A DNA stretch of 64,000 bases from an uncultured Thermoguttaceae bacterium (GTDB taxonomy: Bacteria; Planctomycetota; Planctomycetia; Pirellulales; Thermoguttaceae): assembly GCA_937951625.1 (NCBI GenBank), contig CALFBP010000009.1:20203-84202 (forward strand). Reading direction: 5' to 3'. The notes beneath the pieces were generated by a model, which worked only from the letters and a program-made list of their open reading frames with translations, searched no databases and was not told where the DNA came from. Positions 47,401 through 55,049 of this stretch are shown in pieces (positions within the stretch are counted from its first letter, which is position 1; each line of letters begins with the position of its first letter). The position numbers and the translations under genes were made by a program.

Positions 47401-48118
47401 GTCGCTCAACCGCCGTGACGTGCGGCAGTCTCGCGCCCTCGCGGCCCCGTTGGCCGCCGCGGCCGGCGGTTGGCAGCGGTGCGACACGATCGTCTTTGCC
47501 GACCAGAACGATCCCGACTATCAAGCCCTGCTGGCGATCCTTTCTGCGGTTCGCGATCGGTTGGTCAAACACCCTCGGGAGGACCTGCTGTCGCTGGTGG
47601 GCAGCGAGGCGGAGCGGCAGCACGTGGTTTTGCCCTCGCCCCCGCCGCCTACCCCCGCGAAGGCAGCCCCCTTCGACAAGGATTGGGTCTATCTGAGCGA
47701 TTTGCCTTGGCAGTTCGCGCGATCCGGCTGGACGCCTAACGGCGACGGCCTGCCGCGGCGCGACCGCGACATCGAGGACAAATACATGCGGATCGGCACC
47801 AGGCGTTACGCCAAGGGCATCGGCACTCACGCCCCATCCGAGATCGTCTATGCCTTGGACGGCGATTACGTACGCTTCCAAGCCGTCGTCGGTCCGCCAG
47901 ACCGCAACGGCTCCGTCGTCTTCCAGGTCTATGGCGACGACAAGCTCCTCTTCGACAGCGGTACGCTTTACAATCGCCAGACCACCAGCATTGACGTGCC
48001 GCTGGAAGGCGTGCGGCAGTTGCGTCTGGTCGTCACGGACGCCGGCGACGGCTACCTCTGCGACAACGCGAATTGGGCCGCGGCCCGGCTAAAGAAGAAG
48101 GAAGGCGTCCCGCGGTGA
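44471..48118 (+). CDS. Large secreted protein combining a probable beta-propeller region, three CxxCH (planctomycete-cytochrome-like) motifs and a C-terminal NPCBM carbohydrate-binding module.
   Basis: 1215 aa. The signal peptide is MSRKQPGGLAVLAAAAWAAMGAASAAPA. TolB/HzsA-middle-like strands are present (PNGQIGFTSDRSEH, MEADGSGVRQLSF, LPDGRILYSRWEY). The CxxCH motifs are CIGCHES, CIACHTY and CGHCHDS. The C-terminal segment YLSDLPWQFARSGWTPNGDG...YAKGIGTHAPSEIVYALDGDYVRFQAVVG...VFQVYGDDKLLFDSG...LRLVVTDAGDGYLCDNANWAAARL is NPCBM/NEW2-like. Confidence 0.6.
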   Translation: MSRKQPGGLAVLAAAAWAAMGAASAAPAEHSEVRNDWYFRESLRAIRDWEAVLARWERDKSPLAAAPAFPIAANGDPLQWPNPFPLRLLPVEDRGRGIRLRLKDGQVAVERLAAGQPLKRETLAYGDSLVAYKHPGGGGKDQWYHAYHRRFDRLSQFTVKPSPLAIQLDAPLDFGRGSHELVLSLRNIGDRPLSLTASADWHGPDKVRPCGQHTISLAAGATHAARFPITLDREGGGIVAIRLEWDGESSWFPMLTYVEDVSAVLTSIAQILDDTPDDTAGRELASLRERAAAFSRASTNPGHEDAAWRTLFEQASRLRDRLLLSRLKFHTLLFVKRKPYFSEQPFMDAHHLFNRPGGGIYRLSPVRPDGRVTPVVDSLGEGIYRDVCLHWDAQRLLFSFGNGSDDWDGQQSYHIYEIGVDGSRLRQLTFGPKNDCEPFYLPNGQIGFTSDRSEHFVMCGGDRHAPTLFVMEADGSGVRQLSFNVFNDFTPTVLPDGRILYSRWEYNERSVTSLHNPFTMNPDGTMVQPYYGNATIRPNVVMFSRPVPESHKIMALFTAHHGQTHGAVGLIDARRGIDGEEPLTVLTPHVPIMGEKAEDSAYGWFSDPMPLSENTWLCSYTPTVLPWLERSWALYVADRHGNLALVYRDPAISCAEPVPLVPRPRPHVLPPAPADTDSTSAEATLLLADVYRGLTGVPRGTAKHLRILEDVPRKGVKTGGVICTSGTLIFTIKRVFGTVPIEADGSAHFTVPANRNLYFAVLDENFQEIQRMRSVVCLKPNEVRGCIGCHESRNQAPPSVRFLAAHRPPSRPQPPPWGTKTVSYLRDVQPILNAKCIACHTYDREKNKVILTDDLTNRFTIGYEELLPYLTVAIADRWDHPDDVLPRPPYTYGSKVSPLTKILAAGHHGVQLTEEDWQRLVTWIDCNGVYYDRYENDHYPNRRIFAGEPQEAAQQIVARRCGHCHDSDDGQGDTWWLSLNRRDVRQSRALAAPLAAAAGGWQRCDTIVFADQNDPDYQALLAILSAVRDRLVKHPREDLLSLVGSEAERQHVVLPSPPPPTPAKAAPFDKDWVYLSDLPWQFARSGWTPNGDGLPRRDRDIEDKYMRIGTRRYAKGIGTHAPSEIVYALDGDYVRFQAVVGPPDRNGSVVFQVYGDDKLLFDSGTLYNRQTTSIDVPLEGVRQLRLVVTDAGDGYLCDNANWAAARLKKKEGVPR

Positions 48119-48239
48119 CGGTTTGCGGATACTGCCCACTCCCGTCATGCGCCGCGTGGCGAACGCGGATGCAATCACGCGGAGGGGGCGGTCGCTCAGG
48201 CCCCTGAAAAATCGTGAGCGAGTGCCGTGGGGAAGGCAG

Positions 48240-50426
48240 TCATCGGCTGGGACCTGCCGCTTGGCAGTGGCGGGCGATTTCGTCGTGCGTCAGCGCCCGA
48301 TCGAAGAGTGCCGCCTCGCAAAGTTTGCCCTCCCAGTTGAACTGGTTGTCGCCTCGGCCGCCGAGGAAGATTTCCGTGGGCCCTGTCGCAACCGGAGCGT
48401 CGGTCTGTCCTGAGATTTCCGGCGTGGGATCGCCATCGAGGTAGACCACCACCTGCCGTCCATCGCGGACTAAGGCCACATGATGCCACGTGCGGACTTG
48501 AAGCACGGTCCGGCCCACCAACATTTGCTTGGATTCATCTCCGCTGGTGAAGATCAACCGGCCAGCGGCATGGGCCTTGCCTGCGAGGCCCAACCGGTCG
48601 CCGCCCCCTCCCCCTTGACTGGCCAAGCGATGGCAGAAAAACCATCCCGTCACCGGGCGGAAGTCATGGGCCAGCCCATTCCACAGCCAAAGTTCCAAGG
48701 TGTACGCTTTTCCCAACCCGTCCCCAGGAACCCTGACGCGGCCACCGGCGAAATGGGGCGCGCGTGTCGTAGGGGCCAGGCCCGCGCGAGGCGGCCCTTC
48801 CAGCCACCGTGCGATTCCTTCTTCGTAGCAACCGGAGAAACGGCCCGTCGCGTCCACCGCGATCGACCCACTGCACTCCTGGAGCCGCCAGTAGGCGATC
48901 GGCCGCGAGGCCCAAATGGCATGGGCATAGGCGGTCTGCGGTGGTTGCATCGGTCGGCGTTTGCTGCCCGATACCTCCTCGAGCAATTCCAGCACGGCCT
49001 CTACGATCTTGGATTCCGCGGTTTTCTCCAAACAGGAGGTCTTGGCTTCCCAAGTGCTGTAGCCGCCCAGGGCGTGTTGCTCGGGCGGGGGGATATAGCC
49101 TTCGGCGCCGTTGGCCAGCTCGATGTTCATGGTGGGAACCAAGGGGCTCTGGGCCTTCAAGCGCAGGCCCGTAATCCCGTAAACCTCGCAGGGTATCGCG
49201 GCGATGCCCAGGCCGCCAACTCGCAAGGCTTGGAGCTTGAGGCTTCGCGTGGGTGGGGTCTTGCTCAACAAGACTTGTTCGCGGGCGTAGACCTCCTCGC
49301 GCGTGGTCGGAAGACGGTCGCCCAACCGCTTGGCAATCGGCTTGGCCCAGGCCAGGCGGGATTCCGGCGGCATACGCACGCCAAGCTCCAGTTCCCGCTC
49401 GCGCATGGCCAGCGGGACCCAATCGTGATAGCGAATCTTCTGGAAGGCAGCGTAGGCGACCTTCACCACGGAGGCGGCATAGCTCTTATGGTCGCCCTTC
49501 ACGGCCGGGCGACTGAAATCCATCCAATGCTGGTCGCCGGAGGTCCCCTGCGACATGATGGCCACGAAAGGCGGTTCTTGCGGATGAGGGGCGATCAGCG
49601 TCTGGATTTGCTCGCAAAACTGACCGCACCAATCGGCGGAAAGCGGTTCTACCCCCGCCCCGTAGAAGTGCATCCCAAAGTTCGCCAGCAGCGCGAGCGG
49701 ATGCCCGTCCAGCGTTTGGAGCGACAACAGAGTAAGGTCGCTATCCACCGGGCCAGCCGGCCCGATGTTGGCTGGATCGGCATACGGCGGAGTCATGAGG
49801 ATCCGCTTGCCTGGCTCGCCGAACGGCGTGGGCGGCACGCTGCCGGGCGTGCGAATCCACAACCGGCAATGCGTCAAGTCCGGCGCAGGGGCGACTGTCC
49901 AGCCGATCCGGGCCGGGGCCAGCCTCCGCTGGGCCTGGACAATCGCCTCCGCGATCCGGCCGGGGAGCCACGCCGCATATTCAGGGTCTTCGCGGCTACC
50001 GAGCGCCGCCATCACGGAAGGGGCGCTGTGCGTGTGCGTCGCCGAAATGAGCATGCGCTCGGCAGGGATCCCGGTAGTCTGCCGGGCAAGCTCCTTGGCC
50101 CGATCCAGCAACGACCGCGGCATCAGGCAGCTATCCACCACCACGATCGCCACGCGGCACGTTCCGTCGTCAAGCACCAAGCAACGGGCCGCCAGGCGAT
50201 CCATGGCGCGGGCAGCCGTGCGCTCGAGGGTGTAGCCGTTGACAATCACCGGGAACTTTGGCGGCGTGACGTCCACAGTAGCCGCCCCGGCGCGAAAGAC
50301 GTTGCTTTCAGCCGCGGTGATCGGACGAGGAACGATCAGAGCGCAAATTGCCAACACGACGCCAGCGGCAATGCTCCATGCCGGCGAAATTCCTGTTTGC
50401 TTGGGAAAGTCCGAATGCTTTGCCAT
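48240..50426 (-). CDS. Fusion of a neutral/alkaline ceramidase-like N-terminal domain with a C-terminal LamG (concanavalin-A-like) domain.
   Basis: 728 aa. The signal anchor is AWSIAAGVVLAICALIV. The segment FRAGAATVDVTPPKFPVIVNGY...RLAARCLVLDDGTCRVAIVVVDSCLM...MLISATHTHSAPS resembles the ceramidase N-terminal domain. The C-terminal motifs TLELWLWNG, TWHHVALVRDGRQVVVYLDG and GKLCEAALFDRALTHDEI are LamG-like. Confidence 0.55.
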   Translation of the reverse strand: MAKHSDFPKQTGISPAWSIAAGVVLAICALIVPRPITAAESNVFRAGAATVDVTPPKFPVIVNGYTLERTAARAMDRLAARCLVLDDGTCRVAIVVVDSCLMPRSLLDRAKELARQTTGIPAERMLISATHTHSAPSVMAALGSREDPEYAAWLPGRIAEAIVQAQRRLAPARIGWTVAPAPDLTHCRLWIRTPGSVPPTPFGEPGKRILMTPPYADPANIGPAGPVDSDLTLLSLQTLDGHPLALLANFGMHFYGAGVEPLSADWCGQFCEQIQTLIAPHPQEPPFVAIMSQGTSGDQHWMDFSRPAVKGDHKSYAASVVKVAYAAFQKIRYHDWVPLAMRERELELGVRMPPESRLAWAKPIAKRLGDRLPTTREEVYAREQVLLSKTPPTRSLKLQALRVGGLGIAAIPCEVYGITGLRLKAQSPLVPTMNIELANGAEGYIPPPEQHALGGYSTWEAKTSCLEKTAESKIVEAVLELLEEVSGSKRRPMQPPQTAYAHAIWASRPIAYWRLQECSGSIAVDATGRFSGCYEEGIARWLEGPPRAGLAPTTRAPHFAGGRVRVPGDGLGKAYTLELWLWNGLAHDFRPVTGWFFCHRLASQGGGGGDRLGLAGKAHAAGRLIFTSGDESKQMLVGRTVLQVRTWHHVALVRDGRQVVVYLDGDPTPEISGQTDAPVATGPTEIFLGGRGDNQFNWEGKLCEAALFDRALTHDEIARHCQAAGPSR

Positions 50427-50456
50427 GGCCGCTTGCTGCCAAAACTCGAAGACTTG

Positions 50457-51596
50457 TCAGGGATTCCCCGGCGGTTCCTTCTGCGGTGGGCCGAGGCAGA
50501 TGCGGAAACCGTCGCGCGAATCGGAGTAGGAGGGGCTGTGGAGGCCCAGCCGCACGGCGCAGCGGGCATTGCCCGGCACATCGAAATAATTCCCTCCGCG
50601 GCAGACCGGATGAGGGTCCTTCTCCACGAAGTGTACTTCTTCGTGCGCGCCCTGGGGATCGAAGTGGTCCAGCACGATTTCCCAAACGTTGCCGCACATG
50701 TCGGCCAACCCGAACCCGTTGCGTCCTTTCTCGCCGTAATGGTCCACGGGGGAAACAAACGCGAAGCCATCGCTCCAGGGCGCCTTGGCCAGCGGCCAAG
50801 TCTTTGTGCGGCCCGGCAGGAAGTCGATCGCCGAGATATTCAAGCGGCCCTCGCCCTCCTCCAGTTCATTGCCCCACCAGAAGAACGCGCGAGGCCGGCC
50901 GCCGCGGCAGGCATATTCCCATTCGGCCTCGGTGGGCAAGCGGTAGACCAGGCCGTTGGGCAACCGGCCGGCCTTTCGCTCGCGTTCCGTCAGCCACTTG
51001 GCGAAGGCCCGCGCATCGTTCCAGCTCACGCACACCACGGGAAAGTCATCGCGGTTGGGAAACGGCCAGTTCGGATCGCGCCAGCTTTTGCCGGGCATGG
51101 GCTTCCAGGGATGGACCACCTGGGTGGTGAAGTGATAGCCATCCCACTCGGGGTCGAAGCACTGCGTCCAACCGCCGGGCTTTTCGGCGTCGGTGACGTA
51201 GCCGCTCTCCTCGACGAACCGCCGAAACTGGCCTACGCTGACCTCGGTGCGGCCCATCCAGAGGCCATGCTTGACGCGCGTCAAGCGTGGATCGCCCTCG
51301 GGCTTCTCTCGCGAGGTTCCCGGCGTCGCCCCGCCCTCGATACCCGTGGCCCAGGCCCGCTCCTCCGCTGTGCTGCCCATCATGAATTCGCCGGGCGGAA
51401 GGTACACGACCTCCAACGTCACGCCCCCGCCGAGGTCCACTTTTCTCGCCTCGCCCTTGACGGGTTCCTTGGCCGCCGCGGCGTACGCAATGGCCAGCAT
51501 CAAAGCGTACGCGGCGGCGAAGAGGCCGTGCGGCCGCGGGGCTTGGAACACGACCTCCCCCCAAGGAGATCGGCTATTGGATGCATCGGATTTCAT
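50457..51596 (-). CDS. Formylglycine-generating-enzyme (FGE/SUMF1) family protein.
   Basis: Motifs seen are GEFMMGS, VSWNDARAFAKWL, YRLPTEAEWEYACRGG, NGFGLADMCGNVWEIV and RGGNYF. I prefer the ATG at 51596, which has GGAG 7 nt upstream. The track start at 51599 is GTG. Confidence 0.8.
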   Translation of the reverse strand: MKSDASNSRSPWGEVVFQAPRPHGLFAAAYALMLAIAYAAAAKEPVKGEARKVDLGGGVTLEVVYLPPGEFMMGSTAEERAWATGIEGGATPGTSREKPEGDPRLTRVKHGLWMGRTEVSVGQFRRFVEESGYVTDAEKPGGWTQCFDPEWDGYHFTTQVVHPWKPMPGKSWRDPNWPFPNRDDFPVVCVSWNDARAFAKWLTERERKAGRLPNGLVYRLPTEAEWEYACRGGRPRAFFWWGNELEEGEGRLNISAIDFLPGRTKTWPLAKAPWSDGFAFVSPVDHYGEKGRNGFGLADMCGNVWEIVLDHFDPQGAHEEVHFVEKDPHPVCRGGNYFDVPGNARCAVRLGLHSPSYSDSRDGFRICLGPPQKEPPGNP

Positions 51597-51623
51597 CACG
51601 TGTCTCCACGGTTTCAGGGTGCG

Positions 51624-54600
51624 TCACTTGGATTGTTGTTTCGGTTTCCTGACAATCGCCGCGCTGAAGCCCTCGGCGATGCGAAGTTCGGTAAAGGTCG
51701 CTCCGTCGCGAACCACGCTAGGCGCGGGGAACTTGGGAACCTCGCGCCCCACGTCGTCGAAGACGTGGACCTCGTGCTCCGAGTCGTCGCCCCAGCCGAA
51801 ATAACCGCTGCGGTTGGTCAGGATCCGCTCTTCCCCCACGATGTATCCCTCGCGAAGCTCGATCGGTGTGATTGGGAACATGAATTTGGTGATCGTTTCG
51901 TAGGCCGGTATGACTTGCACGTCGCTGTACCAATGCGACACGCAGCCGTAATTGAGCGCGGCCAGCATGTTGCGATAGGCGTCCTCTTGGCTGCGCTCGG
52001 TCAAATGGTCGCCCAGCGCGATCGGCGAATGGAGTTGGGCCCGCGCGCAATTGCTGATGCTGCCCGTCTCGACGAAGCGCGGGATTTTCAAGCGTGCGAT
52101 GGTCCGCGTATGCGGCTGGCCGTTGGCGATCAGGGGTCCTCGAGCGAGAATCTCGCGGGCCAATTTGAGGCGATACGGTTGCGAAAGAAGCGTTACGGAA
52201 GACTTCAGTCTGCGGATTTTCATCGTCTTCGGGTCGATGTCCGCCGAACATCCGTCCCAAGGCTCGCCGAAATGATACATGTAGGCGCTATATTCCATTT
52301 CGTCCCAATATACGCCGTCGGTCTTGATCTCGTCGAGGATGATCTCCACGTTGCGGCGCAGGGCGCGACCGAAGGCATTGGCTTCGGTGGGGAAGAAGAT
52401 GCGGTCGCCCGGCGTGCCGTAGTCGGCTTGCGAGCCGTCGCTGCGAAGCACGCGGGCATCGGCGTATTTAGTGGGAGCATCTTCCCAGGTATCCAGGAAA
52501 CAATGGAAATAGACGCACGTCTTTGCCTGAGGCGCGAGGCGGCGGACCCGCTCGACCCACCTTCGGTAGGCATCGTGGGGCACGAGTTGGAACGGCGTAC
52601 CGTGAGTATAATGGCCGTGCCACGTCCGCTCGATGGTGTAACACACCAGATTCGCGCTTTTGAAGCGGATGAAGTTGGCGAATTGCTCGTCGGACCAAGC
52701 TTCCGTGAGCCGCCCTCCACGGAGAAACGCGAAGCAATAGGGCAGAGTGAAGTTGGCGTCGAGCAGCCGGCGGGCGGCGTTGACAAAATCGAAATAGTCG
52801 GGTTGCGGCGTCGGCACGATGGCCCATTCGGCCGTGTAGCTCTTGCCCGGCTGGAGGACGAACTGGTTGTCCGCCAACCCCAATCGGCCTTCGGCGGCGT
52901 AATTGGAGACGTGGACCTGGAACTCATCGTTCAAGGGGAGCAGCCCGATGCCCGCTTTCCCCGTGACACCGAAGCTGCTGGGGTTGGCCGGTTCGGAAGA
53001 CGAACCGACCAGGCCGGCGGGCGAGAGGCCCGCCAGCCAAATCTTAACGAGCGGCGAGGCCGGCGAGACCTCATGCCGCTGCATCAGCGGCAGATTTTCC
53101 CGGCCCAAATTGCGGAACGTGTCCCGAACCACGATCGCTTCAGCCAGATGCTCCACGGTCCGCGTGTGTTCAAAGAAGCTGTTCGAGCCGCGTTCCCATT
53201 TGCCTGTGGGCGTGGAAAACCGGCTCTCGATCGTGAAGGTCTCGCCACCCGCCGCGACCTCGACCTGGGCATCGGGAAGCTCGCGGACTTTGTACTCCGT
53301 TTTCCACGGCCTTCTGGGGGCGTAAAACGGCAGCGGGCCGGTTGGCGGCCCAGCCTTTGGTTTGGGCGGTGGGGGCGGCGCGGCGAAGCGGACCCGACAG
53401 TCGGCCGCGATAAGCCAGCGCGTGACATTTGCAGCGCAAGCGTTTTCGATCACGAGTTGATTGTCCCCCTCGCGGATCAAATCGGCCACGCGAAACTCAA
53501 ATTCTCCTGTCCTCACGCCGCCAATGGCATACGACGACGAATCGGCGGCCGTGAAGTCCGGCGCATAATAGACCGAAAATCGGTCCACCGCCACCATGCG
53601 GTGGATGCGGCCATCCTTGCCCTGGATTTCCAGGGGCTTGTTCAACAGTCGCTTGCCGTCGATTGCTTTGCCATTGAGCGTCAACCTCAATGCCTGCGTG
53701 TAGCCACCGACTTTCGGGAATTCCAGTCGGGCTTTGAGTTCCAGCACGGCTTCCTTGCCCGGCGGCACCCGCCCCGTGGTGAAGGTGAAAGTCTGTTTTT
53801 CTCCCGGTTTCAATTCCGCCTTTTCGAAGACCACGGCGCCCCGGGCAATCGTCGGCTGCTGGCCGTCGGCTCCCCCGAGCACGGCATCGTTCAAACGAGT
53901 GCGGGTGATGGCCCAAGGCCGTGTGGACAGGCTGAGCAGTTTTTCCGAGCGCGGCTCAGCGCCGTCGGTGTCGAAGACGGCGACCTCGAAAGCGAGCGGC
54001 GTGCCGACGTCGGGCCATTTCACCCCAAGCACCGACCAGGGGATGGAAGCTTCGAGCGTGTAGCCCCGCTCCGATCGTTGGGCAGCCACCACCGCTTCCC
54101 CCAAGCCCTGCCCCGTCGGCTGGAAGCAGTAAACCTCCGCAGGGCAATCCAGGCTGGGATCGCCGCTTTGGCCGAAGTTCCCCGGGCTGAAGCCGATTTG
54201 AAACTGGCCGTTGCCAAAGGCGGTTCGGGCGGGGTCTTCGTCGGGAGTGGTATCGAAGAAAAGCTGGATGCAATCGCCCTTGTAAAGATTCGACCCGCGC
54301 TGGGTCTGTCGGATAACGTCGTCGGTCACATCAGCGGCCAGATACAGTCGATCCGGACGCCAGGCGAGCCATACTTTCGCGCTGAGGTCGGTCGGCGATT
54401 TCCACGCCGCGCCGCCCCACGTCGCCTGCTCGGCGCGATGGAGCCAAAACGGGTTCGGCACGTTGGCCCACTCGTCCAAACGCCCGTCGACCGCGGGCGG
54501 CGGATCGGGCTTCAAGGGAATCACCACCGCTTCGGCGGCGACAAGAGTCGTCGCCCAGCACCACAGCAGGCTGGTTGCACCGATTCTGCACATGATTCTC

Positions 54601-54635
54601 GACCACCAAAAAGTCATGGAAACCTCGCTCATCAT
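51624..54635 (-). CDS. Large secreted hypothetical protein with an N-terminal CBM9/DOMON-like carbohydrate-binding domain.
   Basis: A signal-like segment MTFWWSRIMCRIGATSLLWCWATTLVAAEA is followed by PPAVDGRLDEWANVP...VWLAWRPDRLYLAADVTDD...GDCIQLFFDT...LEASIPWSVLG...FEVAVFDTDG, which is the CBM9-like pattern. I do not recognise the remaining roughly 750 aa. The start (54635, 54632 or 54617) is uncertain, and the track start at 54815 is probably too far upstream. Confidence 0.45.
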   Translation of the reverse strand: MMSEVSMTFWWSRIMCRIGATSLLWCWATTLVAAEAVVIPLKPDPPPAVDGRLDEWANVPNPFWLHRAEQATWGGAAWKSPTDLSAKVWLAWRPDRLYLAADVTDDVIRQTQRGSNLYKGDCIQLFFDTTPDEDPARTAFGNGQFQIGFSPGNFGQSGDPSLDCPAEVYCFQPTGQGLGEAVVAAQRSERGYTLEASIPWSVLGVKWPDVGTPLAFEVAVFDTDGAEPRSEKLLSLSTRPWAITRTRLNDAVLGGADGQQPTIARGAVVFEKAELKPGEKQTFTFTTGRVPPGKEAVLELKARLEFPKVGGYTQALRLTLNGKAIDGKRLLNKPLEIQGKDGRIHRMVAVDRFSVYYAPDFTAADSSSYAIGGVRTGEFEFRVADLIREGDNQLVIENACAANVTRWLIAADCRVRFAAPPPPPKPKAGPPTGPLPFYAPRRPWKTEYKVRELPDAQVEVAAGGETFTIESRFSTPTGKWERGSNSFFEHTRTVEHLAEAIVVRDTFRNLGRENLPLMQRHEVSPASPLVKIWLAGLSPAGLVGSSSEPANPSSFGVTGKAGIGLLPLNDEFQVHVSNYAAEGRLGLADNQFVLQPGKSYTAEWAIVPTPQPDYFDFVNAARRLLDANFTLPYCFAFLRGGRLTEAWSDEQFANFIRFKSANLVCYTIERTWHGHYTHGTPFQLVPHDAYRRWVERVRRLAPQAKTCVYFHCFLDTWEDAPTKYADARVLRSDGSQADYGTPGDRIFFPTEANAFGRALRRNVEIILDEIKTDGVYWDEMEYSAYMYHFGEPWDGCSADIDPKTMKIRRLKSSVTLLSQPYRLKLAREILARGPLIANGQPHTRTIARLKIPRFVETGSISNCARAQLHSPIALGDHLTERSQEDAYRNMLAALNYGCVSHWYSDVQVIPAYETITKFMFPITPIELREGYIVGEERILTNRSGYFGWGDDSEHEVHVFDDVGREVPKFPAPSVVRDGATFTELRIAEGFSAAIVRKPKQQSK

Positions 54636-55049
54636 GGAAAGTTCGCCCCCCGTGCTCCTCTTGCGGCCGACGCGTGCGACAAATTCTTCGGCGGAACCGA
54701 CCTGTGGCAACATTCTCCGTCCTTGGGGCAGGTTCGGTGAGCGAAGCTCGTCGGGAGGTGTGGAAGCCAAGGCGAGCGACAACCACAGCCCAAGTGTACC
54801 GCCTCCTTCTGCCAATGCTCAAGCACGTGAGGAATTTTGTCATCTGGGGCTTGGCTGCGCGTGCAAGGGCGTTTTGCCGAAAAAAACAGGGCGCAGTTTT
54901 CGCTCATTTCCAGGGGCAACGGCATTGGCACCCGACCGGTTGGGCGAGTACCATGGCGCGTTGTGGCCGCAACTGGCACCTGCGACTTTTCCGCTGCATG
55001 CCCCTTTGGGGCAGGGGTTTGAGGCCAACGCAAGTTCTGGAGCAGAGGC

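Noticed and set aside
48480-54740. A 2086-aa uninterrupted ORF on the plus strand, by far the longest in the track.
   Set aside because: - It lies exactly antisense to three convincingly coding minus-strand genes (ceramidase-LamG, FGE-like, CBM9-like) and crosses their two short spacers.
- It is in the codon-for-codon antisense frame. Stops there would require TTA, CTA or TCA in the sense genes, and those codons are rare in high-G+C genomes.
- Its translation is Arg/Gly/Ala/Pro-rich with no recognisable motif, whereas the sense strand gives clear domain signatures.
- The unusual length is explained by the three sense genes sharing one frame.
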